Shown: piece after piece, positions 51,899 to 64,000 of the stretch
Position numbering within the stretch: position 1 is the first letter of the stretch
Layout: every line of letters starts with the position of its first letter
DNA from: Octopus bimaculoides
Lineage: Eukaryota
Assembly (NCBI RefSeq): GCF_001194135.2
Contig: NC_068990.1
Span: forward strand, 10,659,486 to 10,723,485
Length of the DNA: 64,000 bases
Direction: 5' to 3'
Notes under the pieces: generated by a model
The model's input: only the letters and a program-made list of their open reading frames with translations
Database searches by the model: none
What the model was told of the DNA's origin: nothing
Position numbers and translations under genes: made by a program

Positions 51899-53720
51899 TC
51901 TCACGTTCTGCAGAAGTCCTATGCACTTGTGTGATATATATTCTTTTTCAATGCCTGGTCCTGGGCAGCAATGATTATGTTTCCAGTATCTTTTTCTTAG
52001 GTCACCCTTGTAAAGCCACCTCCATGATCCTTCTTGGACTTTTAATTTGTTAGCTTCACATTGGAACTGACTATGCAATTCCATGCGGAGTAAGGTTTCT
52101 TCTCTCTCGTTGGCTGTTCTTCTTCAGAATTCATGAGCACTCTCAAGTCCATTTTCGTTAATTCCTTCTGCACTAACAGCATGCTGTTTATCAAATGTTC
52201 TGCTATGTTTCTTCTTTCACTGTTGATGCACTCCCGTACGCTAATCAGCCCACGTCTACCTTTATCTCTGTTTATGTTGAGCCTATGTACACTTGAATTA
52301 GGGTGGTGGAGGGCATCATGCATTGTCATTGTCTTTCGGGTAGCGCGATCTAGTTGGTCAATCTGCGCTTGTGTCCATCTCAGGATGGGTGCAATATAGC
52401 GGACTACAGCAGCAGCCCATATGTTGATTACAGTCAAAAGGTTCCTTGCGTTGAGGTTTCATTTCAAGAGAAGTTTGAGGCGCTTGAAATATACAGTAAG
52501 ACCTTGTCTTGCATTTCTCTGTGCAAGACATTGTCCAGCACCAGGATCCCAAGGTACTTGTACCTATCATCATCTGGGTCTTGCGCTCTATCTCCATTTG
52601 GCAATTCTATGCCACTACAATCTACTCTTTTCCCCCGCTTTAAAATAAGCACACTTCGTTATATCGAATTCCATCCCTGTATCGTTGCTGTACAATTGCA
52701 CAGTCTCAACCAGCCTCTCCATTTCAGGTTCTGTTCTTACGAAAAGTTTTAAATCATCCATGCAGAGAAAGTGGTTGCGATGTGGTCCATTCTTTCTCAG
52801 CTCATAGTACACTTTGACCTGCAGAAAGTGAGATCAAGGCTATATAACATAACAGAAGGGAACTAGAGTCTCCTTGGAAGCTACCTCTTTTGATTGTTAC
52901 CTCAGCTAAGTGCTGGTCGTTACAGGAAAGACGCCTTTTCTAACTAGGCATACTGTTTTTAATCATTTCACACACGTATTCAACTATTCTATACATGTCG
53001 AGTGTTTCCAGAATCCATGAATGTGGCAATACGTCGTAATCATTTTTGAAGTCTATCCAGGCCATGCATAAGTCTTTTTTTTTTTTTGGTACCATCTACA
53101 GTTCTTCATTATAACTTTGTCTATCACAAGCTGGTCCTTGGTGCCCTTGGATCCTTTTCGGCATCCGTTTTGTTCTACTGACGGGCAGTTTATTTTCCGC
53201 AAGGAACGTGTATATTTACCCTGAAGGTACCTGTTAATTCTTTCCAAAGGAGATTAAGACAAGCAATGGGTCGATAATTGCCAACCTCATTGCCCTTTCA
53301 CCGATATTTTATTAACAATACTGTTCTTCTGTCAACCATCCATTCCGGATCTGTACCACTCTGTAGGCAATTGTATAATTGCAACGCAATTCTCTTGTGT
53401 ATTGACATAACCACTTGAGCCAGTAGCCTTGAATTCCGATTGGTCCTGCTGCTTTCGTGTTTGGCAGTTTTCATATCTGTGCAATGTCGTCTTCCGTTAT
53501 GCGCACATGGTCCTAACGTGAAGACTCCGGGTGATGGAGTTCGGATTTCATGGAATTAATCCACTCAGCATTGTGGCTGTGCGAAAAGACTTGCCTCTCG
53601 ATGTTATTCCAAAATGGCGGGTTTCTTTTGCTTCCAGAGGTGTATTATTTTCTATATTTCCTCCTAAACCCTTAAAAAATTATCTCTGGTTATTTGAAAA
53701 TAACCAGTTTTGCAGGAACA
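51899..53720 (-). mobile_element. R4/Dong-clade LINE, RT-containing segment (pseudogenised)
   Basis: [13 protein letters not shown] (~53240-53279), [107 protein letters not shown] and IIAAQDQAL. It ends at the first Cys pair of the CCHC knuckle. Confidence 0.93.
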
Positions 53721-53722
53721 AA

Positions 53723-54262
53723 ATTATTATTATTATGGTTATTATAAATATTATTTTCTATGTATCACATATTTTATTGGAGCTCCTGGTGTCTTGCATG
53801 CGTTGCGCGTTTACTTAGCAGCTTACAGTATCATGCTATTCGTTCCTTTCAGCTGCCTAATACTTCTTTGATTACTCTGACAGTGCCGTGGAGGTGAAAC
53901 TTCTGTAACAGTTCTACTCGTCATTTTATTCCAGTTTCCTTTATATTCTTATTGATGCCTTCTGATACTGTTCCCTAGGAACCAACAATAACTGGCACTA
54001 TCTTCACCTTCATTGTCGCACTTAAGAGGGTCGTATCTATCTTTTCGCTTTCCTTCTTGACTATTCATGGGTAAAAGGTGCATGCACCATGAACTATATA
54101 ACATATGTGGTGCATCTTGTCCACCACCACTAGGTCCGGTCTGTTATGCTCTTGCACCTGTTCTGCTTCACTGGGAAGTCTCAGAGGATTTTCCTCGTCT
54201 CCGATTCAGCCATTCTCTGCGGTTTGTGTCCATAGCAAATCTTGCCTCGTTCTAGCCCCTAT
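53723..54262 (-). mobile_element. R4/Dong-clade LINE 3' segment: restriction-like endonuclease, stop, 3' UTR, (TAA)n tail
   Basis: GLERGKICYGHKPQ..KIL*DFPV, HNRPDLVVVDK (54117-54151), KKESEKID, IVPVIVGS.GTV, ELLQK..GTVRVIKEVLGS-stop (53849-53851), then AATAAA and an (AAT)n-like tail at 53723-53755. Confidence 0.88.
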
Positions 54263-54269
54263 TAAAGCA

Positions 54270-54482
54270 ACGAACTCGCAGAATCATTAGCACACTACAA
54301 AAAATGCTTAGCGGCATTTCGACTGTCTTTTTACGTTCGGAGTTCAAATTTCGCGAGATTGACTTTGCCATTCATCCTTTCGGTGCCGGTAAAATAATAC
54401 CATTAAAGTACTGGGGTCGACAGAATAGACTATTTCCCTACCCCTAAATTCCAATCCCTTGTGCCTATTTTAGTAAAAAGTT
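54270..54482 (+). mobile_element. tRNA-derived SINE (AGCTGGCAGAAT.GTTAG family)
   Basis: GCAGAATCATTAGCAC..AAATGCTTAGCGGCATTTCG..GGAGTTCAAATT..GACTTTGCCATTCATCCTTTCGG..CTGGGGTCGA. Confidence 0.85.
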
Positions 54483-55218
54483 TTTATTGCTATTGTTGCT
54501 GTTGTTATTTGTCTTTATAATCTTACTTTCCCAGAAGCGGAAAATCTCGCATCCCAAATCGTTTTACTTACCAAACTTTTCCAGTTCTTTCTCTTTTCCT
54601 CTGATATATACAGCATTATACGTTGACGAGGTGTCCTGCCGAGAGTGTCACATGACCTTATCTGTCCACAGTTTACAATACAACACGATCTTTGTATTCT
54701 TCTTTCACCAGAACGTCTATCTAATCTGTATGTATATCTTTGTACGTATGCGTACATATATATGCTCATACATGACAATTTTCTCTATAGATGTACATGT
54801 GTAACCACGGATACATTCTACACATTCCAATTATTAGCAGACGACGTATAAAACGTACCATTAATAATTTTGTTATTACAGCTGCTACTGCTCTGGCTGC
54901 AGCTTACGGTGATGAAGATATGATGATGACAGTGATGACGATAATGAAGATATAGGTGAGGATGGAAAGTATGACGTTGATGATAATGATGGAGGCGATG
55001 GCATATTATGCAAGTATAATCTTAGCGACGGAAACCGATACGACGCGGTCTGCAGATAGTTGACAGCGCATTAAATTTATGCTGATTATTTTAAATATCA
55101 TTACTGCCACTAATTGCAAATGTCTCAGTGTCAGTTGGACACCCATGCTTGGAGAGATGGATACACATATATACGTGTGTGTGTGTGTGCATGTGTATGT
55201 ATGTATATATATGTATAC

Positions 55219-55251
<33 letters not shown>

Positions 55252-55444
55252 CAGCAGATAGCTTGGGTTCATATGTACCTATACGGGTACATATGAGTGT
55301 ATGAGTGCAAACGCATAAATAGGTACTATGAACATAATACTGCTATTGTATAAATATGGGTATGTATGTGGATCCATATATATACAGACATACATATGCA
55401 CACGAGTATGTGTGCGCGCGCGCGTGTGTTGGGGCTGACAAACA

Positions 55445-55445
<1 letters not shown>

Positions 55446-55493
<48 letters not shown>

Positions 55494-55690
55494 GTTATTA
55501 TTATTTTTATCATAGCTACTGGAATAAAATGGACGCGAGACAAATGTCAATAGGTGACGAAAACGTAGCTTACTGTTTGAATTGGTTTGTGACTGTGATT
55601 TCGGTTGAGTATTTTTATGATGTCATCAAGTCATCTTCACAAGTATTGAAGAGGGTGATAGAAAGAGAGATAGAGAGAGAGAGAAAGAGA

Positions 55691-55779
<89 letters not shown>
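55446..55779 (+). repeat. (ATT)n (~55446-55505) and (GA)n (~55660-55779) microsatellites
   Basis: Direct reading of the sequence. Confidence 0.95.
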
Positions 55780-55781
<2 letters not shown>

Positions 55782-56050
55782 GGTAAAAGGACAGATTGAC
55801 AGGGAGAAGAATGTAATATATTTGTTTTTAACAGAAATTTCAGTATTGTAGCAGTTTGGATGTTTCAGAGAGCTGATTTTCATATGACTGTATGAATGAG
55901 TAAAGTGTATGTTTTAGAAATTTAAGATTTAAGTAAATAAAGAAGGTGAAGCGCTTAAGTTGATCTGAATTTAATGAAAAAATAGCTTACTGTTTGAATT
56001 AATCTGTGACTGTGTAATTTCGGCTGAGGATTTTTACGATGTCAACAAGT
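55566..56050 (+). repeat. Diverged ~67-bp direct repeat pair (55566-55631, 55983-56050)
   Basis: TAGCTTACTGTTTGAATT..TGTGACTGTG.ATTTCGG.TGAG.ATTTTTA.GATGTCA.CAAGT occurs twice, 417 bp apart. Confidence 0.85.
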
Positions 56051-56060
56051 AAACACCGAA

Positions 56061-56187
56061 AGAGCTGGGAGAACCGTTAGCACGGCGGACGAAAGGCTTA
56101 GGGGTATTTCGTCTGCCGCTATGTTCTGAGTTCAAATTCCACCGATGTTGACTTTGCTTTTCATCTTTTCGGGGTCGATAAAATAAA
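56061..56187 (+). mobile_element. 3'-truncated tRNA-derived SINE
   Basis: GAGCTGGGAGAACCGTTAGCACG..TCTGAGTTCAAATTCCACCGATGTTGACTTTGCTTTTCATCTTTTCGGGGTCGATAAAATAA. Confidence 0.85.
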
Positions 56188-56964
56188 AGGGTTGGGGGTA
56201 GGAGGATAGATGTGTATATAGAAATGAAGAAAGAAGTGGAATGGAATCTCCTGACTTAGCAGGAGGCTTACTTCTCTAAGCACACATATATTGAAATGCT
56301 TCCATGAATTTCTTCCTATTTTCAAACGTTTTGGCTGAACAATGTTTACGTAATGGCTGAATCTCGTACCACATATTACGCAAACCTGAAGCGTACATAT
56401 CAAATAATTTCAAAAGATTACTCTTTTGTTTGACATCATTATTACAACGTATACCGCTCGATTCCACTACAAGCTAGTCTGCATAGCTACCACATATGCG
56501 AATACTATACAAACGATCTGGACTAGTTTTTATATTTAACTCGAGTCGCAATTTCTGGTAAGCATGACACAATATGTTTATATATGTGTGTGTGTATGTA
56601 TGTATTTGTGCGTGTGTGTGTTAAATAAAATGAGACAACAAAGCGAAATATGTGTGGAATTTATAAGACATTTATAAAGAGATATGTAGACTGACAACTC
56701 TTCCTGCGATATTATAGATCTCCTTTCATCAGAGACGTTATGAGAGAGTTAACTAGAGGGAAATAACAGAGTTCAAGTTCAGGAGTCATTTTGGAAAAGT
56801 ATGGATAGATGAAGTAAAGGGAAATAAGTGAATAAAAATAACAATAAAAACATATGTAGGATGTTACAGTTTCAGTTCCATTATCCAAGAAAAGTGCTGT
56901 GCAGAATGAGTAGAAATGTTTCTGCCCTTGGAGGGCCTGATTTATAGGGGCCCAGAAATTGTTG

Positions 56965-57724
56965 TTGCTAAATGTGATGTATTTTATTCATCGGATATAT
57001 TTTATAAAAGTAATTCGATTAACAAAAATATTCAAGGAAAAAAATCTGATCTTCTATCCTCCAGAGGAGCTATTACTGCTTTTGTAATGAAAGTACAACT
57101 GTAGAAAATAAACATTGCATGTTGTGTTTTATTACAATTTCCTAGTTTGGAATCGAGTAACAGTAAATTTGCATGATGATGACCTTGTATACTGAACATT
57201 TGAAAATATTGCATAATGATATGCAAGCTCATTTTACTGACCTGCTGAAGTTAAATATACAGCGTTGAGTAACATTTCTTTTTGAAGTTAATGTGGCTGA
57301 TGTAGATGTCTGTTTGCAGGAGAGAGAATCTCATTGAATTGTAGAGTGATGGAATATTTCAGGCAAGATTTATAGATGGAGAACATAACGTATGGAAAAG
57401 AAGTGACAGTGCTACAAAGTATCCACTATTCTGGCGGGGAGAAGCGTAGTTGTACTTTACTGCTTTTCCTTTATCTTACCTTGTTAAATGTGGTTTCAGT
57501 CATGTCACTAACTTACCGTCAAAAGCCCGTTGTCGAATCGACATTGTAGAAAAAGGTGATCTTCAATTATAATTGACAACATTGGCGTAGAATATTTTAA
57601 AACTGGCAGAGCAACACCAGCTTCACTTTCTGAACATCGAATGGGTATGGTGGTGGAGGTGGTGGTTGGTCCACGGGAGTAAAATAGGACGCAAAGGGGT
57701 CCAAAAAGTATTTGCGAAGCCCTG
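56965..57724 (+). mobile_element. hAT Charlie/SCAND3-like transposase 3' remnant with right TIR
   Basis: DVFYSSDIF..NIQG..ITAFVMKVQL, KYPLFW, AFPLSYLVKCGFSHV (cf. AFPSSYLVESGFS, hATC dimerisation domain) and KGDLQL. The end reads GGGGTCCAAAAAGTATTTGCGAAGCCCTG followed by GTCTACAT (NTCTAGAN-like). Confidence 0.85.
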
Positions 57725-58036
57725 GTCTACATAGCTGATGTTCACGTCGAGAGTTTGTAATATAGGTGTCACGTAATATTTTCAAGAAATCTTTCCTCAT
57801 GTTTGACCCGATTGTAATTCAGGTAGCTAATGAGATATCTGAATAATCTTTGGCGAAGACGCTGTAGTGAAAAAGCTATAAAGAATATTTTATATTCAGC
57901 TGTTAGATTTAGTTGAGTTTCATTAATCGCATATTATGTGTTATCTTTCCATAGGAACTTTAAAATCCATGTCTTTTAAATGTTGGTATCTTCCCCTCTT
58001 CTCTGTCTGACACTCTCTCATACACACACACACTCA

Positions 58037-58089
<53 letters not shown>

Positions 58090-58870
58090 TCATCATATGT
58101 TGGGAACACGAACAACCACAAAAATGATTTTATTCGTTTTCGTAATTGTCTGTCATTTTATTTTATTTTTCCATTCTGAAACATATGTAATTCACCTTAA
58201 ATGGAAAAAAAAAAATCTTGGCCCACTCTTCCCTCATTCATTGTACTTTTCACAATGGAGAAACAGTCAAACACCACAAGTGGATGTGTGGAAAACGAAA
58301 TTAGAATTTTTCAAAAGTGTATCTATGAAGCGACATTTTCAGTCATTTATTTAAATTCATTGCTAACTCACCAAGTTCAATTATTTGAAAGAGATGGGAT
58401 TTGAGATTTAAATTTGGTAATGTTCTAAGACTTTAAATCTTGTTTATTAGGGGCCTTCTCCCCATGGTTTAAATCCGGCCCCTGTACATGGTATGTAAAT
58501 TCCGATAAGAGCTCATATTTTGTTATTACAAATCGATATAGTAGAGACATAAATTCCATGTGCTGTTCATTCAATAGGGTCTTGTGGCGTGAATAATATN
58601 NNNNNNNNNNNNNNNNNNNNNNNNNNNNNNNNNNNNNNNNNNNNNNNNNNNNNNNNNNNNNNNNNNNNNNNNNNNNNNNNNNNNNNNNNNNNNNNNNNNN
58701 NNNNNNNNNNNNNNNNNNNNNNNNNNNNNNNNNNNNNNNNNNNNNNNNNNNNNNNNNNNNNNNNNNNNNNNNNNNNNNNNNNNNNNNNNNNNNNNNNNNN
58801 NNNNNNNNNNNNNNNNNNNNNNNNNNNNNNNNNNNNNNNNNNNNNNNNNNNNNNNNNNNNNNNNNNNNNT

Positions 58871-58903
<33 letters not shown>

Positions 58904-59830
58904 CACATATACATATATACACATGTACATATAAACACAAAACGCACACGGATATATAGATATATATATATGTGTGTGTGTGAATGTATATATATACATA
59001 AACATATACACACATATTAACATACGCTTACAAACTCATGCACACACACGCATATGTATATTGTATACATCACTAAACCAACATCATAAATTCACGGAAC
59101 AATGCCTATATCAAAGAGAGGAATATTAGAGTGGAGACTTCCAACAGAATGTTCATAATGGCGTGTATTAGACAAAAGGTATTTAATGATAAGATCGGGA
59201 GTTATATAAAACATATATCAGTAGATAACGGAAAAAATACTAACAATAAAGTATCTATAACTTCCTTTGTTGCAATTAAAATGTATTAAAATATAAATAA
59301 ACAAATTTAGACCAAAGTGTAACTACATTAACTAATATATATANNNNNNNNNNNNNNNNNNNNNNNNNNNNNNNNNNNNNNNNNNNNNNNNNNNNNNNNN
59401 NNNNNNNNNNNNNNNNNNNNNNNNNNNNNNNNNNNNNNNNNNNNNNNNNNNNNNNNNNNNNNNNNNNNNNNNNNNNNNNNNNNNNNNNNNNNNNNNNNNN
59501 NNNNNNNNNNNNNNNNNNNNNNNNNNNNNNNNNNNNNNNNNNNNNNNNNNNNNNNNNNNNNNNNNNNNNNNNNNNNNNNNNNNNNNNNNNNNNNNNNNNN
59601 NNNNNNNNNNNNNNNNNNNNNNNNNNNNNNNNNNNNNNNNNNNNNNNNNNNNNNNNNNNNNNNNNNNNNNNNNNNNNNNNNNNNNNNNNNNNNNNNNNNN
59701 NNNNNNNNNNNNNNNNNNNNNNNNNNNNNNNNNNNNNNNNNNNNNNNNNNNNNNNNNNNNNNNNNNNNNNNNNNNNNNNNNNNNNNNNNNNNNNNNNNNN
59801 NNNNNNNNNNNNNNNNNNNNNNNNNNNNNN

Positions 59831-59861
<31 letters not shown>

Positions 59862-60339
59862 TATCCACGAAAAAGAACAAAAAACATATACAATGGGGTA
59901 CCGAAGAAAAGGAGGTGAATTCCAGAACAATACTAGGTTTTAGTATTTGCACTATGAGAAACTAGAAGCCATAATCTTTGATTAAATTTATGATGGTTGA
60001 ATGTGATATAAGTAATTATAAAATGTCATCTTTGATTTGTGTTAAGGTATATGACACAGGCATGATATGATATAGAAATTAGGAAGGTTCGTTTTTCCAT
60101 TCAATGCGTGTAATCGAAGAAGCTCAGCTGTTAATTTTCGCAGCATTATGTTACTCATTAAATAAGGAGACTACAAGGAGACACCGGTACAATAGAGTAG
60201 GATTAATATTGTAGAAATAATATTAATAGAAGTGTGGTAAAATAGAGAAGACAACTCGTTAGATGACAGAAACACCATTGATGCTTGATTTATACCACAT
60301 AGACAATGTCCTATCAGACTAGGAAATACAAGTGATGTT

Positions 60340-61560
60340 TCCATACTAAAAAGCATAAGACGATCGCATGCGAGTTTTATCGGTGTGTTTGACAAGAGGA
60401 TGTATTCAGGAATAATTTTGCAAATCACTTAGACAATAGACATTTTGAGAATGTCGCAAAGAGGAAGAAATATTTGAGCTGTGGTATTTTGTCTTCGTCA
60501 TTATTAACGGAAATATGTCAAACATCGCAACGAACCTAGTCTAGTAATCGTTAATTTTACGGAAGCATTCGACTCTGGTAGCCACTCGATAATTCATTAT
60601 TAGCTTAAACTTGCCTGGGTGTAAGAAATAATGCATAGAGAGTGTGTTGTATATAATGGTTTATAAGGTAATGAGTGCAAAACCAAATCTGCACAGTATA
60701 AAATGTCTGTGGGAATGAAGCTAGCTTGCCACTATCATTTTCATGCATATATCGGCAATGCTTAAAAAGCTATTTTCCCGAAGGTGCCTACATATATAGA
60801 AAATTCTTTGCTAAATGTTTCATGCTTTACTCTTAAATATAATACAATATGAAATATGTTAATATCAGAGTAATAGTCGTGTTGATAAAGATTTTTCTCT
60901 GTCGGGCGATTGACACGCACTACACGTATATGCTTTCAGGTAAATTATTGGTGTTAATATTAAAATTTAAAAGGGTTCATCATAGCATTACAAATCTTAT
61001 TTCCCAATAGTGGTCCGAATATTATCTTCAAACAGAAAGGGGAAAACAAACAGAAACTACGCTGTATCAATTCTGAACTCATTGGCATCCGTTAGCCTCC
61101 GTCATACCTCTGCAACCAGACTGACATCATGTAAGTGTTATATGTGTGAGAGAAGACAGTGTAATTAGCACGGATCACTATAGTCACCTATGAAAATTAG
61201 ACAGGTCGAAATTTCCCCGACCGGTATCCTGGCAATAAGAAACAGGAGAAATAGACATCTCAATGCTATTATGCAAAGAGGCATGAATAATTCTTTATTA
61301 GTCACGCACTGAGCGAATCAAGTTGCATAATCTATGTCCATCAAAGACGAAATGCAGAAAAATTTGGGACATGCAATTAATAATGTGCACAGTGGTAGTG
61401 CAGAGATTGATATTTTAGATGGAATGGCACACATGACTGCAGCATGAGAAAAGCTAACACGGGATTCGGATAGGAGGGAGAACAATTGCGTAACTGCAAG
61501 CTGGAATCCAATTGTAAAATGTTCCGTGCAATTACCATTACCCTCGCAATTCTACAGATC
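60340..61560 (+). mobile_element. Heavily decayed RTE-type LINE
   Basis: KRMYSGIIL, GRNI*AVVFCLRH, LVIVNFTEAFDSGSH (cf. FIDFxKAFDSVxH), later FRWNG (cf. LRWxGH) and WNP. Confidence 0.6.
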
Positions 61561-63009
61561 TGAAGAATCGGAACGTCAGAGCAAATAGATTGCATTCATA
61601 TTCAACCACAAGAGACAACTCATACAGTGTTGCAAAATGAGGTCAGGAACATACGTATCCAAAGAATGACAATCATGTAAACTATATTGTTGTAATGAAA
61701 ACGACAAGGGAACGTAATGGTTTATATAAGACAGGCTACCGTGCCTCTTCCTAAACCCGCTATAATCCCAATAAAATAATTAACATAATAAAGGTATTTG
61801 GCAGCTTATCCATACAGAAGAAAGAGCAGTGAAATCATTAGCGCATATCGACATTTTTCTCAATCATGTACATCTCGGAAGAAAGAAAGGAGATTTGCAA
61901 TTTTGAAAGCTGCGATATGCTTAGGTGATTCCCTTTTATTGAAAACAATGGGAGAAGGATATTAATATATTGCGTCATAAACTTTGACCGAATGCGTGTG
62001 CTCCTAGCACATATAGTGATAGATTTATGTATAATTTTATAACTTAAACATATACTTTTGTTATAAGACGATGTAAAGCGTGGCAAGTGGTCCTTACATT
62101 CGCAAATGAGATTGTATTATTCATTCAATGGATTTTAAGTTGATCTGCAAGAAAAATAGGTGAATAAACCGTGATTGCCGTTCAAGAGATTAACTGTAGA
62201 GTTTTAGGGATTCTATGAGTAAAGGTAGAATGATATATAGGTAGGTCTTGTTAAACATGTAATTACAGCAAAAGACAAAGAATAAAACCTGGTCGCCTAT
62301 TTGTTCCTTTTCGAACAATTTTGGCGAATTATACACTCTTAAGGAGATGACCTGCATTTCTTTCAATTGTTCTTAATACTCTGGGTGTGCTTCTTTATCC
62401 GAACAGAACCCTTTTTCTAACACAAAAGGTGATAACGTACCTCTATGATCTGATAAAGTTCAAGTCACCGAAAAAGTTCATCCGTGATTGAGAGGCTTAA
62501 TAATGTAGTATAAGTATTAACTTTGAAAGTATATGTGTCTCATTAAACATACTAAAACATGCTGAAATGCCTTACTATGTAAAGTATTGAAACTGTGCCT
62601 CAATCATGAAGACGTACTTGGGAATCTTGCATTGCAATCATGAAAGTTTCGAGTTGAACTATTCCGTAACACCTCAACGAATATATTTTAAACTATCTTC
62701 TGCTTTATCAGAGCTTTGTGAGTGAACAACTGGAGACGGAATATGTGTGAGAGCTCAGTAGAGAGACTGTGTCTGTAGTTAAAATATCATCACTTACGGA
62801 TTGAGCATCAGAATTCGAATATCTGTTTAAAAATCTATGTACTTCAAAAGATCGGGCGAAATTTGGTAAATCGAACAACTACATCCCTTTCTGCAAGCAT
62901 AAACCATGGCTGAAGGATTACCACTGAACGACCTAATAATGGCAGCCCTACAAATCTACAGTTTCCACAGGTCTATGGCACATACTGCATGGAAAAATAA
63001 ACACGAATT

Positions 63010-63960
63010 GTTATGCTCTTGTTTATAACACTAGGAAGACGTTGCCTCACACAGCTCTTACCGCTCTATCACTGGGTTTTGAACTATCTTCGTGACCATT
63101 CAGATATTTATACTATGTCTCCTGGTCTGGGAAAGACCTTTGATAATGTGGAGCATGGTATGATAAGTCACAAGGCGCGAGATTTTGGCACAACATGTTA
63201 AATGTGAGCGAGGCTGCATGGCTTTCTAATTAACAGAACTTCGGCAGATGCAGTGAAGGGAACCGTCTCTGAGGAAGCACAAATTGTGTGTGGCATCCTC
63301 TAGGGCCTTATTCATTACCGTTTATAATAGCTCCTGCATATATGCTTAAGGTCACCTGTAGATCCACTTTCACCAGCTACGTCGACGAGACAAAATTATT
63401 ATCAAACGATGTCGCAAGTTTGCAGCGGGACCCAATTGCAATACGCAAGAGGGCTGAAGAAAACAACATACAAATAAATGTTGGACAAGTTCAAGCACTG
63501 CACTATCAACTTATAAGTGCACCGCAACCTCAACATATACGCCTAGAAATTACTACAATCCTAGAGTCACAGACAGTCTGAAATATAGAGATCATTATGT
63601 GTAGTGATACACCAATTCAAATGCATATTACTAGGATGGCAACAAAGTGCAGACAACTCGCAGGATGGATGCTAAGATCCCTCAAGACAGGAGACTAAGA
63701 AGTCATGTTGACTCTGTTGAGGATTTTTGTTCTGAGACATTTGGACCACTGCTCTCAGCTATGGACAACATATAGCGTCCAAGTAACCGCGGATTTTGAA
63801 GCAGTCCAACGTGACTGCACTAAAAGGATTGTAACAGTACAGTAGCTGGGCGACAGGGAGAGGCTGAAAATAAATACAACTTAACTCGCCCGATCGAAAA
63901 TGCGACAGATATGTGATAAGCTACACCTGGAAAATTAATAACTAATTTCTGCATCTTGTT
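63010..63960 (+). mobile_element. CR1/L2/Jockey-type LINE RT remnant
   Basis: GRRCLTQLL (GRSCLTQLL), GKTFDNVEHG (KAFDKVDHG), LGPYSLPFII, SYVDETK (SYADDTK), LQRD..IRKRAEENN, and a downstream LDHCSQLW (cf. LxYCSxxW). Confidence 0.85.
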
Positions 63961-64000
63961 TTATACAATTGCCAGAACTGGATGCTAGTGCATTGTACTA

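Noticed and set aside
1-64000. CRISPR arrays, operons, rRNA, or a prokaryotic or viral insert
   Set aside because: No regular repeat-spacer arrays, no gene-dense segment and no rRNA-like sequence were seen; the content is typical animal repeat-rich DNA.

Overview
AT-rich, microsatellite-dense eukaryotic DNA from a gapped short-read-style assembly. About 15 N-runs are present, most flanked by (AT)n. The SINE and microsatellite landscape suggests a coleoid cephalopod, probably Octopus (inference from recalled repeat families, not a database search). I could not support any host protein-coding exon, rRNA, true tRNA or CRISPR array, so the window looks intergenic or deep-intronic. It is a mosaic of decayed mobile elements: two mariner, one Tc1, one piggyBac, two hAT transposase remnants, a hAT MITE, CR1/L2-type, RTE and R4/Dong LINE remnants, about a dozen tRNA-derived SINEs, and several Penelope-like element (PLE) 3' ends carrying type-I hammerhead ribozyme (HHR) motifs. 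Three observations stand out. (1) A PLE GIY-YIG endonuclease at 39085-40500 has its GIY and YIG halves in the same frame but separated by a ~570-nt insert containing a 153-bp codon-periodic tandem repeat. (2) A head-to-head fold-back element at 1264-1891 is built from a tRNA-like Pol III head, an (AAT)n spacer and an HHR-bearing tail. (3) An R4/Dong LINE at 51899-54262 has its endonuclease/3' end upstream of its RT, close to a circular permutation. All protein similarities were judged by eye from hand translation.
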